Positions 1 to 11,511 of a stretch of 64,000 bases of DNA are shown piece after piece. The translations under genes were made by a program, and so were the position numbers. The number at the start of each line of letters is the position of its first letter. The first letter of the stretch is position 1. The notes beneath the pieces are model-generated. The model worked only from the letters and a program-made list of their open reading frames with translations. It was not told the origin of the DNA and made no database searches. Where the stretch lies: contig MU061579.1 in assembly GCA_013265495.1 (NCBI GenBank), positions 4,488,327-4,552,326 on the forward strand. The letters are read 5' to 3'. This DNA comes from Vicugna vicugna. Lineage: Eukaryota.

Positions 1-57
1 GAATTAGTGCCGGCTATACTGTCAGCAAAGTAGTGCTCAAGAACTATTCACTGAATA

Positions 58-585
58 GTTGAAAATCTATTATTCCTAGGTGCATGCAATCTAAACCGAG
101 AAATGTCTTTCTTAAAGATCTGAGAACCATCTCTCTGGAAGGTAATCATAAGGAAGGCAGTACCCCTGCCCCTAGTTTCTGTAGGACCTAACTTCAGGGG
201 TGTGCCTCACTCTAACTTGTAAAACTACCTTTTGTCATGAAGAAATGAGAATTTTATTTTTCCTTTGGATAAAGCTAGTTAATTAACATGGATGATCACC
301 CAAATTATCAAGTGAATTTATAATAAATTCTGTGACAAATGGTGCTGTCAAGTCCTCTTACTTGAGGACTAGTTAAGGTTTATCTTAAGAATGTGATGGG
401 CTGTACCTGGTTAGCTATATAAAAAGGTGAGAAATCTTTCCACCTGTTTTAGCAGAATGACTGTGATAGCATCACATTCTGGTTTAATGCTTACCCAATA
501 ATACATATTTTAAAAAATCTCTCTTACTTTGTGGAAAATTTTCCAGACTTGGGAGGAAATTTTGCTTTGAATTTATTTCTCCAGG
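58..585 (+). mobile_element. ERV1-class LTR fragment (MER4-group/MER67-like), 5'-incomplete; same family as 6997-7668
   Basis: Colinear similarity to 7200-7668 (e.g. 'gctgtcaagtcctcttacttgaggactagtt' vs 'gttgtcaagtccccttacctgaggactagtt'); TATA-like TATATAAAAA at ~416. Confidence 0.7.
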
Positions 586-599
586 AGTTCTGGCAATCG

Positions 600-666
600 G
601 GATGGAGTATTGTTTAAGCCACCCAGTCTATGGTATTTTGTTATGGCAGCCCTACGTAACTAATAC
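600..666 (+). mobile_element. MaLR (MLT1) LTR 3' end
   Basis: 'ttgtttaagccacccagtctatggtattttgttatggcagccc...aactaataca' is the characteristic MLT1 terminus. Confidence 0.8.
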
Positions 667-2862
667 AGCCCTCATCCCAAACAAATGAATTACTGGTATT
701 TTAGAAAACCACTCATAAAAAAGTAAAAATAATTTGGATAGCTAGAAGAAAATATCGAGGGAAATGGAATAGGAAGTGTAAGAATTAAAGATGTCTGCCT
801 TTTCACAGAAGCCCCCTCCTCCTTCCTCTGCTGCATCAGCTCCCTTTTCTTCCTCTATGTCTTTAGCCCTCATGGGCTCAAAGTGACTCTGGAGGAGGAG
901 AAAGTGAAAACCTTTTAGATGGATGGTTCCCTTCATTAGTGCATTTCTTGAAAAGAGTGATGGGGGAACAGATTTATTAGCTGATAATCTGCTCCGTTTG
1001 AGGACACAGGTGTGAATACCCACTGGTTTAGCCCAGATTCCACCTCCTTGTCGTCCCTACATCTTGTAGCTCGAAGGGCAGATGTAATCAGGGAACAATC
1101 GAGAACTTGGATAAAAGACTCTGCTATGAGGCAATAAATGAAGAGTAGCTGCACTAGCCACTTGAAAAAAAGGCAAACAAACAAGGTTTTAATCAGATGA
1201 ATGTCAACAGAAGAATGGAAACCAAAGTACCATAAAATTTACATTTTTCTGGTCTCAAAAAGCCCTCTCTATTTGGATCATCAGGAAAGTCAGTGCCACG
1301 GAGAAGCTTTCCCAAGGCCTCTGGAGTCATTCCCACGCCTTCCTCATCAGCTGGTACTACTCATTTAAAGGCTTCCTCCCCGTGCCCTACAGGTTTGCAG
1401 GGCTCCCAAGCCTGTTTTCAGTTGACATCTCTTCCTCTAGCATATGAATCTAAATTCTTGTCTCCTTTAGCTTATGAAGGAGTCCAGTATTTATGATACA
1501 GGATTACTCAAAGGTTTGAGGACTCTCTTATTTTCTCTAGTCAGTTGCAAACAAACAAACAAATAGAAACCTGGAGAAATGTCTTCCCCAGAGGGATGTA
1601 TCATTATTCAAACTTAGACCTCTTTCCGATAGCCTCAGAAATTTGAAAAAAATGCAAAATTGACACTGTAGCTTTGTGACATTTCTTTGCTTCACAGTCG
1701 CATAAAACCTCATTAGGCAAATTGCAATATTGCTTAACTGAGGGCAACAATTGTCACCTACAGGCCACAAAATTTTGCAATCTAGAAGTCAGCTCACTTT
1801 GCAGATACAAATCGACTTCTAACAATGAAAAGACAGACAATTTTGGGACAATATTACACAGTGGATTCTAGTTTTTTGCAGAATAGGAAAAACTGCTGAT
1901 TTACCTGATTATTCTCCAGACCTTCTTCTTTGGTCCTTAGAATTTGACAAGGCTTTTGAAACCTAAAATTGACTATTACCTTTCTTCTAGCTTTGGGGAT
2001 TCCAAATTTGAGGAATTTTAACATTTAGATCTTCCAAATTTTGACCTGATTTATCCGATGCTCTGATTCATTTTGTGTATTTAACAATGTCTACTTCAAA
2101 GTCTTGGACTCAGGATAACAGTGGCTGACTTAAATCTTCCTATGCTGTGGTAACTTACAAAGATTTTGGAAGCTGAAGTGTTATCTGGAATTAAGTCTGC
2201 ACAGCAGACAGTAGCAGTTAGCAGAGCTACAATTCTTGGTTCTGGATTTTAAAATGAATATATTCATGTATATATTTTTATATATATTCATTTTTCATGA
2301 ATAGTTATGAATTTTCATGAGTTTGTTATATATATATAATTATATAAATGCATGTAACTAATAACTGTATGTTTGGTATCTGTTATGCTATAAAGAAAAA
2401 TTTTTAAAAAGATTTTTACTTCAATGGGAACTAAAAAAAAAATCTCAGAAAATTAATTTGTCAGGGTTTTACAACTGCATGCTAAAATATCAGTAATTCA
2501 TTTTGTATCAAGGGTTGTAAAAAGCTGTTGCTAAAACACGGCAGTCTCCAAATTTAGAAATTTTAATACAATAAGAAAAGATTTTTTTTCATTTTTAAAA
2601 ATGTGCTTCACAGAAGAAGATAGTCAAATGGATTATGAAAGGGGCTAAAAGAAATTTGACTGGGCCATGGGCATTACCTAACAAAACAATTCCTCTAACA
2701 CAGCTTGGTTAGTGTTGTGTCAGCCGCAAAATCACCTGAATAAAAGATGGATTTTTAAGTCACTACAATTCTTACTCTGCTTACTAGAAAAATGAAAATT
2801 ATTCAAAACATATTAAAGAGATGTACTGTTTTTCAGTAGAATTTTTTATAGGCTACTCCCAT

Positions 2863-3386
2863 TGTTACTGAGTCCAAACTTGTTCTGCTCGCTGCAGGAC
2901 AGGCCAGTAAATCGGGAGATGAGGTATGGAGGCAAGGAACAGTGAGTTTATTTAGAAAGCCAGCAGACTGAGAAGATAGCGGGCTAATGTCCTGGAGAAC
3001 TGAACCATCTCCCCCAAATCAGAATTCAAGCTCTTTTTATACTAAAAAGGAGAAGGGTTGTGGTTGGTTGATGCAAACTTCTTTGTGTCAGAATCCTTTG
3101 TTCTTGCAGCTGTTCACATAGGCCAGGTCATGATGTTCCCATAAACCTCCAACAAGACAAATGTTATTCTCTGTTCTGCACTTTTTATCTCTATATAAAT
3201 GGAAAAGTGTTATACCCTTAATAGTCAGAGTCTTGAGAATGGGCTGTCCTGTGTATTCCAGGCTCTAGGCAACATTCTTTTACAAAAGGTGCAGAACCAG
3301 GATGACTAAGCACAGGCAACAGAGCGCAGGGTTAGAGCTAAAGGAACAGATCTAATACAGAGTCAGATTTGTTTTTCTCTATTACA
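2863..3386 (-). mobile_element. ERV1 solo LTR (family A here, possibly MER41-like)
   Basis: TG...CA termini; 4-bp TSD CCAT at 2859-2862 and 3387-3390; AATAAA on minus strand (tttatt ~2947); homologous to 46720-47270 and, inverted, to 56546-56922. Confidence 0.85.
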
Positions 3387-3390
3387 CCAT

Positions 3391-3857
3391 TGTTGACTGA
3401 AATAAACACGCAGCCTCAAAGTTAAAAGTTGTTTTATTTGGCGGGAAGACTCGAGCCTGAGGGACTGCTCCGAAGAGGTCAGGGAGGAGCTAGGATATAC
3501 AGGAGCTTTACAACAAAGACCGGGTAGTTGGAACAATAAAAGATTCCTTGTTATCTAAAAAAAACCAGGCATTTCAAATTAAAGAATTTAGTGCTTTTCT
3601 ATGTATGGGAGGGAGCAAACCTTTGGGCTCCTTGAATTCATTCCTTTGACAAGCACCTAGCTATCTAGGGCCGATATCCTGTCCTTTCTTATTCTGAGTT
3701 CGCTCAGAGTGCACCATTGTGAGTGGCTGCAGGGGCTGGGCTGCAGGCCTGTCCCCACTGGGGGGTGGCGGCAGCCGCTGATGACTTGGTTTCGGCATTC
3801 TTTGTTTACTGATATGTTTGCAGTATTTCCACTCACATTGCAGTATTTTTGTTCACA
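3391..3857 (-). mobile_element. ERV1 solo LTR (family B here)
   Basis: TG...CA termini; CCAT on both sides (3387-3390, 3858-3861); tttatt at ~3433; imperfect 20-bp tandem duplication at 3818-3837/3838-3857. Confidence 0.8.
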
Positions 3858-4091
3858 CCATGATACAAACAGGAAGTTCTGTCAGACTAACTTTAGCAGG
3901 AGCCGGTGGCAGTTAGATTCCACAGAGCTAATGCATGTAAACGGTAAGAGAGTTTGTTTACTTATGGTGTCTGAATGGTATAAATCCTTTCCTTCTTCAA
4001 AAAACAGAACAGAATAACACAAACAAAAAAACTAACATTTAGGCAATAGCAAATATTCTCTTAATAAATACAGTTTTCACTTTTGGAATAC

Positions 4092-4666
4092 TGTCATCAA
4101 ACCCAAGTTCATGTGCCTGAAGCACAGTGAGGCCAAACAAACCGAAACATTGGAGCTTGGAGCAGAGAAAGGGCCATGCAAGGAGAACAGATTTAGAAGA
4201 CCTGAACTCCCTAGTGGGTTTCAGGGAAGAAGTTTATCCAGGCAAAATTTAGGTGGAAGGCTGCAGGCTGCAGGGAGGAAACGGCAAGAAACAATAGCAC
4301 AGCCTCGGGGCAGGGTCTTGGTTCCTTCTCAAGAAATATACATAACAATATCTTTGAGTTTTTCTGCAGGAGCAAAGGCCCCCACCCAGGTGGAGGATGA
4401 CAGCTTCAGGCTGAGCACAAGATTCCTGGAACACTGCCCTGTTACCTTACCACCAACTAATGAGAAGAAAGTCACACACCCTGCTGCCCTCACCCCAAAT
4501 TTTACCTGTAAAAACTTTTCCCCCCAAACCTTCAAGGAGTTCACGTTTTTCAAGCATGAGCAGCCCATCCTCCTTGGCCCTGAGATAAACCTTTCTCTGC
4601 TCCAAACTCTGGTATTTTGGTTTGGCCTCACTGTGCATCACGCACACAGACTTTTGTTCAGTAACA
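4092..4666. mobile_element. Two ERV1 LTR 3' portions in inverted orientation (minus ~4092-4270, plus ~4275-4666)
   Basis: Left end 'gcacagtgaggccaaac...ttggagcagagaaagg' is the reverse complement of right end 'cctttctctgctccaa...gtttggcctcactgtgc'. Confidence 0.75.
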
Positions 4667-5568
4667 CAAGGTCCTGCTCAGTTTCAATATTGAGCATTCG
4701 AATCCTGTAAGTCATTTTATCTCTACAGTTGTCCAAGAATTATGCAAATGTTTTCAGATTCCCATAAGTTGTCATACACCCTTCCTCAGTCCACTAGACA
4801 AGTAAAATGATTGAATCAAACAAAAATTTCATTGGCTAAGATTCAGTTATTTAACTGATTGAAATGGCTCAGAGTTTTACCCCTAGCCTTGCTAACAGGA
4901 CCGCTGCACACAAACACATAATCTTATCCTTTGAAGGTATGTTTGGCAGGCCCCATGAATTGAAGCCAGAGATCATGCCCTCTGTTGGATTTCAGTGAAT
5001 CCTCTCATAATCACAATCATAGTCAATACTTTAAAGGGCCTCTTTCTTCCCTAGAAATGCTGAGACTTAAAGTCATAAGGATCCGGAAGGACCTGCCCCT
5101 ACGGGCCAGGATATTTCATCTACACACAGATGTTCTGTAGGAAAGACAGACTGTCACCCTGTTGGGAAGAACCCTTTCAAGTGTTGCTGATCATCCATTC
5201 AACGATCAGAGTTAACAGAAACTCAGGTGGATGTGTGCTTTCCATGTGAAGCCAGCACCACAGGACTGGACTGTGGTTCCCACAAAGGATTTGAAACTTT
5301 AAGTTTTCAACAGTCACTGATACTGGTAATGAACTCAAATGAAAACAAATGTTATAGAAAACATACTACTTTTCTCTTAAACTGTCTTGCTGTCATAGTC
5401 ACAGTTATTGTTAGTCAGAGATTATCTTGATTACTTTAAGAATCACATTTTATTAGTAATCAAAAATTGTTACTTTTTTTTTTCTTTCTGTCCTCCCAGT
5501 AATGGCTCCCATAATCTCATTTCCTGTCAGCTCTATACTGCCCTACCAGAATAAGCAGGGTCTGGACC

Positions 5569-6035
5569 TGTTACGGAAACTACAGGCCAGTCAAGAAACA
5601 AGCACTACTCGGAGGGTTGGAGTACTCAGATGTATTACGCAGGCGGGCTCAGAGGGGCTTCTGCTCCGAAGCTCTGAGCACCTCCAAGACATGCGCATGA
5701 GGTTTTATAGGGTAAAGTACAAGCTTGGGGTATTCAGCCAGTAGGCATGGAACAGCTTTAGCAGCATCATTATCACAAAAATGGAGGCGGGGAAGCAGCA
5801 AACCAACATTCCAAAGCCAGATATGTATCTTTGAAAATCCAGCTGGCTAGCAAAAAGAAATAAACAGCAAACCAACACTAATTAACTTAGATTTACAAGT
5901 TAGTCCAGCAGAACTCAGATCAGTATTCCAATACTTAGATTTGTGAGTTATCTTGTTAGACCAGCCCTGCTCTCCTTCTTCACATTCCTAGACTTGTGAG
6001 TTATCTTGTTAGACCGGCCTGGCTTTTCCTTCACA
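5569..6035 (-). mobile_element. Relatively young ERV LTR with U3 tandem repeats
   Basis: TG...CA termini, several retained CpGs, minus-strand TATAAAA at ~5703-5709, ~53-bp imperfect tandem repeat at 5936-6035; no clear TSD. Confidence 0.7.
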
Positions 6036-6996
6036 AATAGAAAAACAGAAATTTGGAATTGTTTTATAGACATTGAAATAGATAGGTTTAATAGTACTCG
6101 ATTAATTTGGGGATGCAGTTTCTTTCCTGATTGAAACTGCAGTTTCAATGGCAATTTCTTCAACTGAGATTGAAATTGAAACTTCAATTCCAGTATAGGT
6201 AGGTAAATAAATATGAATGCCTATTATTCAGGGAGATGTAGTTAATTGTTATAATAGTATCGATTTAGATCCAAAGTAAAAAAAAAAATGCCCATAACAT
6301 GGGTTTGTCCTCAACACTTAAAACAATTAGAACCATACACAAGAAACACTAGAATTTCAATCTCTACCTTTCAGTGTGTGTTTCATAATAAGATTTTTAT
6401 ACTAGATGATGGTTATTGGTGTCATTATGTTTCATATCTGGGAAATATTATTTGTGAAGAAAGAACAATTAGTAAAAGGCCTACAGTGTCATATAAATGT
6501 GATGGTACTTATGTAATTCTCTAAAATGCAGGAGAAATTTATTAGGCCTTGCTTGCAATAAAAACTTAATTAAAAATTTAGATGATCAGGGGGGTCCTGA
6601 TAAGCTACTTGGGTGGGGAAAGACTTTACAAGAATCCACCACACAGTATTTAGATTGTTACCCAATGAAAACACAGTCAACAAAGATATCACAACAATTT
6701 GTAAAATTCATGTGTGATAAGAAAAATTGTTCATCGTTAACTGAAAGCTTTTATTTAATCTTTTACTATTGGTATAATATATTCCAAGGTTATTTTCCAA
6801 AGGCAAATAATGTACCAATTTTTTAAAAATCAGTTATTCTTCTATTACATCATAATTTTGATAGTTGCTTTGCTTTATACTTTGCCAAGGACCTGCTGGG
6901 TATTTAGACACCTGCAGTTTGCCCAGAGGATGGTAGAAATAGAAATGGACATAATTGTAAAATTGTTACTATTTTGTAGTAACACAGGGAGGAGTT

Positions 6997-7668
6997 GGTA
7001 GAAGCGAATAAGAATTAAAAAATAAGAGTCTTAATTCTCCCTGTTGAAAGTAAGGGAAGAGACTCCTCCAACCAACATTTCTCTCTTCTTAGAGCATTTG
7101 TTTGAGAAAAACTTAATTATAAGCTTTTTCTGTATGTCTTTGAAATGTATGTAAATTGCTTTAAAGCTAATTAAGCTCCCTGTCAGCTTTAAGACTCAGG
7201 AATGTCTTTCTCAAGACTCGGGAACCATCACTTTGATATGCTATCATCAAGGAAGACAGCATCTTTATCTCCAAGTATCTGTGGAAAGGTAGGAACCTAA
7301 GGTCAGCGAGCGCCTCACAGCAAGTTGGGAAACTAGCTCTTGTCCTAAAGATAAAAGAAGTTTAGTTTCCACTCTATAGCACCAGTAAGCTTAACATAAA
7401 TGGTGACCCCTTCACCAAGTGAGTTTAAGATGAACTTGGTTGGTAGGACGAATGCTGTTGTCAAGTCCCCTTACCTGAGGACTAGTTATTGTTTATCTTG
7501 AGAAGATTTATGTAATGATGAGCATCTGATTGGCTATATAAAAAGATACAGTGTCTATCTTTCCACAGTCTCTTTCCACATCACATTCTAGTTTGTTTCT
7601 TTATCTTCTATCTTTGTGGAGAAGTTTTTAAGATTGGAAGATTCTGTTTTTAATTATATTTCCTCAAT
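6997..7668 (+). mobile_element. ERV1-class solo LTR (MER67-like)
   Basis: Homologous to 58-585 and, inverted, to ~21500-21915; 'gattggctatataaaaag' CCAAT(reverse)/TATA arrangement at ~7529-7546. Confidence 0.7.
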
Positions 7669-8699
7669 ACAACCTAAATATCAAAGAATAGCAAAGTTAA
7701 TAATTTTGATGTTCACTCCATCACTGTAAATTGGAGTGTTAGATTTAACCTCCATCTTCCACTGAAAAATAGTTGGCACATCTAAAAAAGGTATCACAGA
7801 ATAAATACCCTGTGATCTATGAATGTAAGCATATTTTTATTCATGAAAATAATCTCTCTTAAAGCTAAAATGTAATTTTTCCTCTATTAAAGGATTTTAA
7901 ATCACTGAAATGTACTACCAGTACGTTTCCTGTTTCCAATAAATTAAGTTATGGAGGAAAATGGTTGATTGTAAACTTGGAACAAAGGTTTCATTTGAAT
8001 GGAAAAAAATACATATATCCCTATGTAATGTTGTTATACTTAAAAGCTTATAACCAAACATAACCTCTTATAGCAAATCCAATAGTAAAAACTGGAAAAA
8101 AACACAACTAATAAGAAATAATATCGGAAAATGGACAACATTGTTTACAAATACAATTGAAATGTAAAAGAAGAATTCTATATATAATCTATTAAAATAT
8201 ACTTTATGTAGCAAGTTAGTCTTGTGTTATGTTTTTAAATTAGATTTTATTCTTATTTATTTATCCAAAAAAATTGCTAAGTCTCTCCTTATAAATCCCA
8301 TTTATCTCATGTATTTTCATGGTATGTTCTGAAGAAATATTGAAAGGAAAATATATGCCAGAAACCATTTGGTAGATTATATATTTGACTTAGATATGTG
8401 TATGAATAATATTTTCAATGAATTTCAATGTATCATAAGTTCAGGGAAAAGTGTTTCAATTTTAAAAATAAATAGCTATACTGGTCTCAGCATAATTTAA
8501 TATAAGCTTCGGCTACTTTTCCATTTTATTCTAATTCTTTCTTTGATGTTTCCGGATGACCTCTCGCAAGTAACTCAATTTTCTGTGCATTTTCCACTTT
8601 TGTCTACTAAGTATTTCTGCTGCTCTTATAGCAAACAAATATCCTGCTGTTTTCTTCATTCATTCATTCATGAATTCATTTTTTTAGCTACTATATATT

Positions 8700-9750
8700 A
8701 AATGCATATTGAATGCCACATGTCATCCTACATACATTCTCACCTCCACTTGGGTATCTAATTGGCATCTCATACTCTCCAAAATTTATGCCAAAACTAC
8801 CTCTTCCCTAACATTAATTTTTAAAGTGAAAAGTGGTCCCCATTTTATGGAATGGTATTTCCAAACACCTAGTTTTCAAACTATAAACCTGAGGTCCTAT
8901 TTCCTCCACCTTTCTTTCATCACAGCCTAGGCATTATCCAGTTCTGCCTATTTTAACTTCTAAATAATTTGAATCTCTTTGCTTTTCTGTACCTCCACGG
9001 ATACCAGCACAGACCATTCTCCCTGGTCTCTACCTAAGGAAATGCATTCTTTCTTAGTTGTTTCCCTAAGTGCATTCTTCCCTCCTTCAATTTGCTTTTC
9101 ATTCTGCAGCCAAAGTAGCATCTATACAATGGAAATACTGACTCCCCCACCACATCCTGTTTTAAAATTTTAACAGCTTTCCATTGAGGTGGCATAAAAA
9201 CGATCATTTTACATGAATTAAAAGAATATACGTGATTTGATCCTTGCTCATTTTCTTTTTTACATTGTCTCCAATACAACTCCTTTTCCACCCTACATTC
9301 TTCCTGATGTTTTTCTTTGTTCCTCAAATGATTTATGCTCCTTTCTACCAGGAATATTCTGTCCTGTCTTTTTCTCTTCTTGGAATAAACTTCCCTCCTT
9401 CCTCACCTACCCTATTGTCACAAATCCTTCAAAGTTCAGTTCTTTCATGATCTCACTGAGATTTATCTAAACCTCTAGACTTAAGTCAAGGCCTGTGGTA
9501 TATGCTCTCATAGTAATTTGTAATTTTCTCAAATATCATTTATTGTCATTTTAATAAATAATCATGTACTTGATTCTTCAATTTCTGTCTCTTATTCTAG
9601 ACTTCAAGCTCAAAAAAGTGGTTCCTTGCCTTATTCATAACGCTAAAACTCTAAATGCAGCTCTGTAAATACAGTTATGTAAAAGTGGCAAGTTTAGCAC
9701 CTAGCACATAGTATGTGGTCAATAAACATATGACAAATAAATAATTGAAT
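8700..9750 (+). mobile_element. L2 LINE 3' region, highly decayed
   Basis: 'ctccacttgggtatctaattggcatctca' and terminal 'ctagcacatagtatgtggtcaataaacatat' resemble the L2 consensus. Confidence 0.65.
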
Positions 9751-10910
9751 ATATAGTATAACATTTAATTTATTATCATTTCGTATTTTCAGCCATAAAC
9801 CTGTATAGTTTAATGTATTATTTCTCAAATAAATACATTGAAGGATCTAGACAGGAGAAACAAAGAAAAGAATAATATTTTCTCAATTTTTAGCTGTTCA
9901 TTTCTTATAATTTTAAAATTTGCTAGCATCTCTCTTTCTTTTCTTCCTTCCTCTCGGTGCATATGTTTATGGTGCACAGCCTCAGGGATACAAAAGAGAC
10001 TATGATCACAAGAGTGAAAATGAAAGTCTTCACCTCTGTTTGAGCAATTAAGTGAGTGACCAGATGCCTTCCAATTAGGTGGATGAAACTACACACAGTA
10101 ATTGGTTTATTTTATTTTCTGAATTGAATATTTATTTTACTAAGTAAACCATTTGATAGTTTTAACAAATCAATGAAGTCAAAATATTTAAACGTTGTTT
10201 TAATGTAGGCAGAATCTAATACAAATAAAGACTTTTCCCTTATACCTAGGAAAAGTTGGGCCAAATACTGAAATAGGTTATTCACCCAACATAGACACTT
10301 CAAGATTTTTTAAAAATCCAATTAATCATAAGCATGTGTAATGTGACCATCTGGTAATTTTAAAATGCCAAAATTACTATGTTGGGCAAAAGGTTTAAGA
10401 CCAACTTTTGCCAAGGCAATTTTATTTTTCTGTAAGAAAAGATGCCCTCTGTCTGTCCTGAACTAGACAGCATTTTAAAGATGTCCTGGAATTGATCGGT
10501 GAAAGAGTGCCACTTCGCTTCCCTGATCATCCTTGGTACATTGAGGTGGATTGAAAGAGCTGAAAGTTAAGAGAGGGTTTGTAGTCAACTGGGATCATGT
10601 GTCTCCTGCTGTCTCCTTCCTTCTATTCTTGTAGCCCCTGAATTTTCACAGATTGAAATAACTTGGTTGTTGTCCCTCCTTTGGTTCTATTGCTTTAAAG
10701 ATTTTCTAAGAATGAGAATGAACAGAGAGCTTACAAACATTAGAAAGATAAATAGCACATGCATGCTTGGGAAAAGTGGAATTGCTACTCATCTTCTTAG
10801 GAAGGAGGGGCATGTTGGGGATGGCAGCCAAGGTCATGAAAGTGGACAGTGACTAAAGGTCGTGCTTTATTAAGAGCTCTTCTCCTTCTCCCTTCCTGAT
10901 AGTTCTGTCT

Positions 10911-10937
10911 TGTGTGTGTGTGTGTGTGTGTGTGTGT
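10911..10937. repeat. (TG)n microsatellite
   Basis: Directly visible TG run. Confidence 0.95.
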
Positions 10938-11295
10938 ATTTGTTTTGTATTGGCTGGTCCATTGGACCATTAGGTCCATTGGACTTAAATGTAACAGTTT
11001 TATTATTTACTTCCTCCTTTCCTTTCAAAGATTTTCTCAAGAAAATTTAGCCGGTTCTGTATTGTGAACTATCATCTTTTTATTTTATGCACATCTAGCT
11101 GGTATCTCCAGATGTTATTTCTCTCTTGACCCCAAACACTAGATTTTTTTAACTAATAAATCTAATAAATACCTCTTCTTGGATATTTCATAGACAGCTT
11201 GAACCCAGTCAGTAAGTGTTATGACATGACTAGATGATTTCTTGGCACTCCTTGAAGCAGAGATAAGGTTAGGGAGTTTTTCCCACAATCTAGAT

Positions 11296-11511
11296 TAGGG
11301 TTTCTCTACTTTGAAACTGCTGACATTTTGGGGGCCAGACAATTCTTTGTTGTGGGGGCTTGCCCTGTGCATCATTTGATAGTTACTATCATGTTTGGTC
11401 CCTATCCACTAGATTCCAGTAGTAGCCTGCTTTTTGATATGCCAAAAAATGTGTCTAGACATTGCCAAATATCCCACTGGGGACAAAATCACCCTTAGTT
11501 GAGAACCACTG
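11296..11511 (-). mobile_element. MER20 (hAT-Charlie MITE), full length
   Basis: Reverse complement starts 'cagtggttctcaactaagggtgattttgtccccagtgggatatttggcaatgtctagacac'; 8-bp TSD ATCTAGAT (11288-11295) / ATCAAGAT (11512-11519). Confidence 0.9.

Noticed and set aside
742..1184. Two overlapping minus-strand ORFs in unique-looking sequence
   Set aside because: No recognisable homology or consistent exon structure.
2863..3386. Interferon-inducible STAT1/GAS enhancer in MER41-like LTRs
   Set aside because: Family assignment is uncertain and I saw only mismatched TTCNNNGAA-like sites in the three copies.
4111..4710. Longest ORF (199 aa)
   Set aside because: Lies almost wholly in LTR sequence and spans the inversion junction; no recognisable protein motif.
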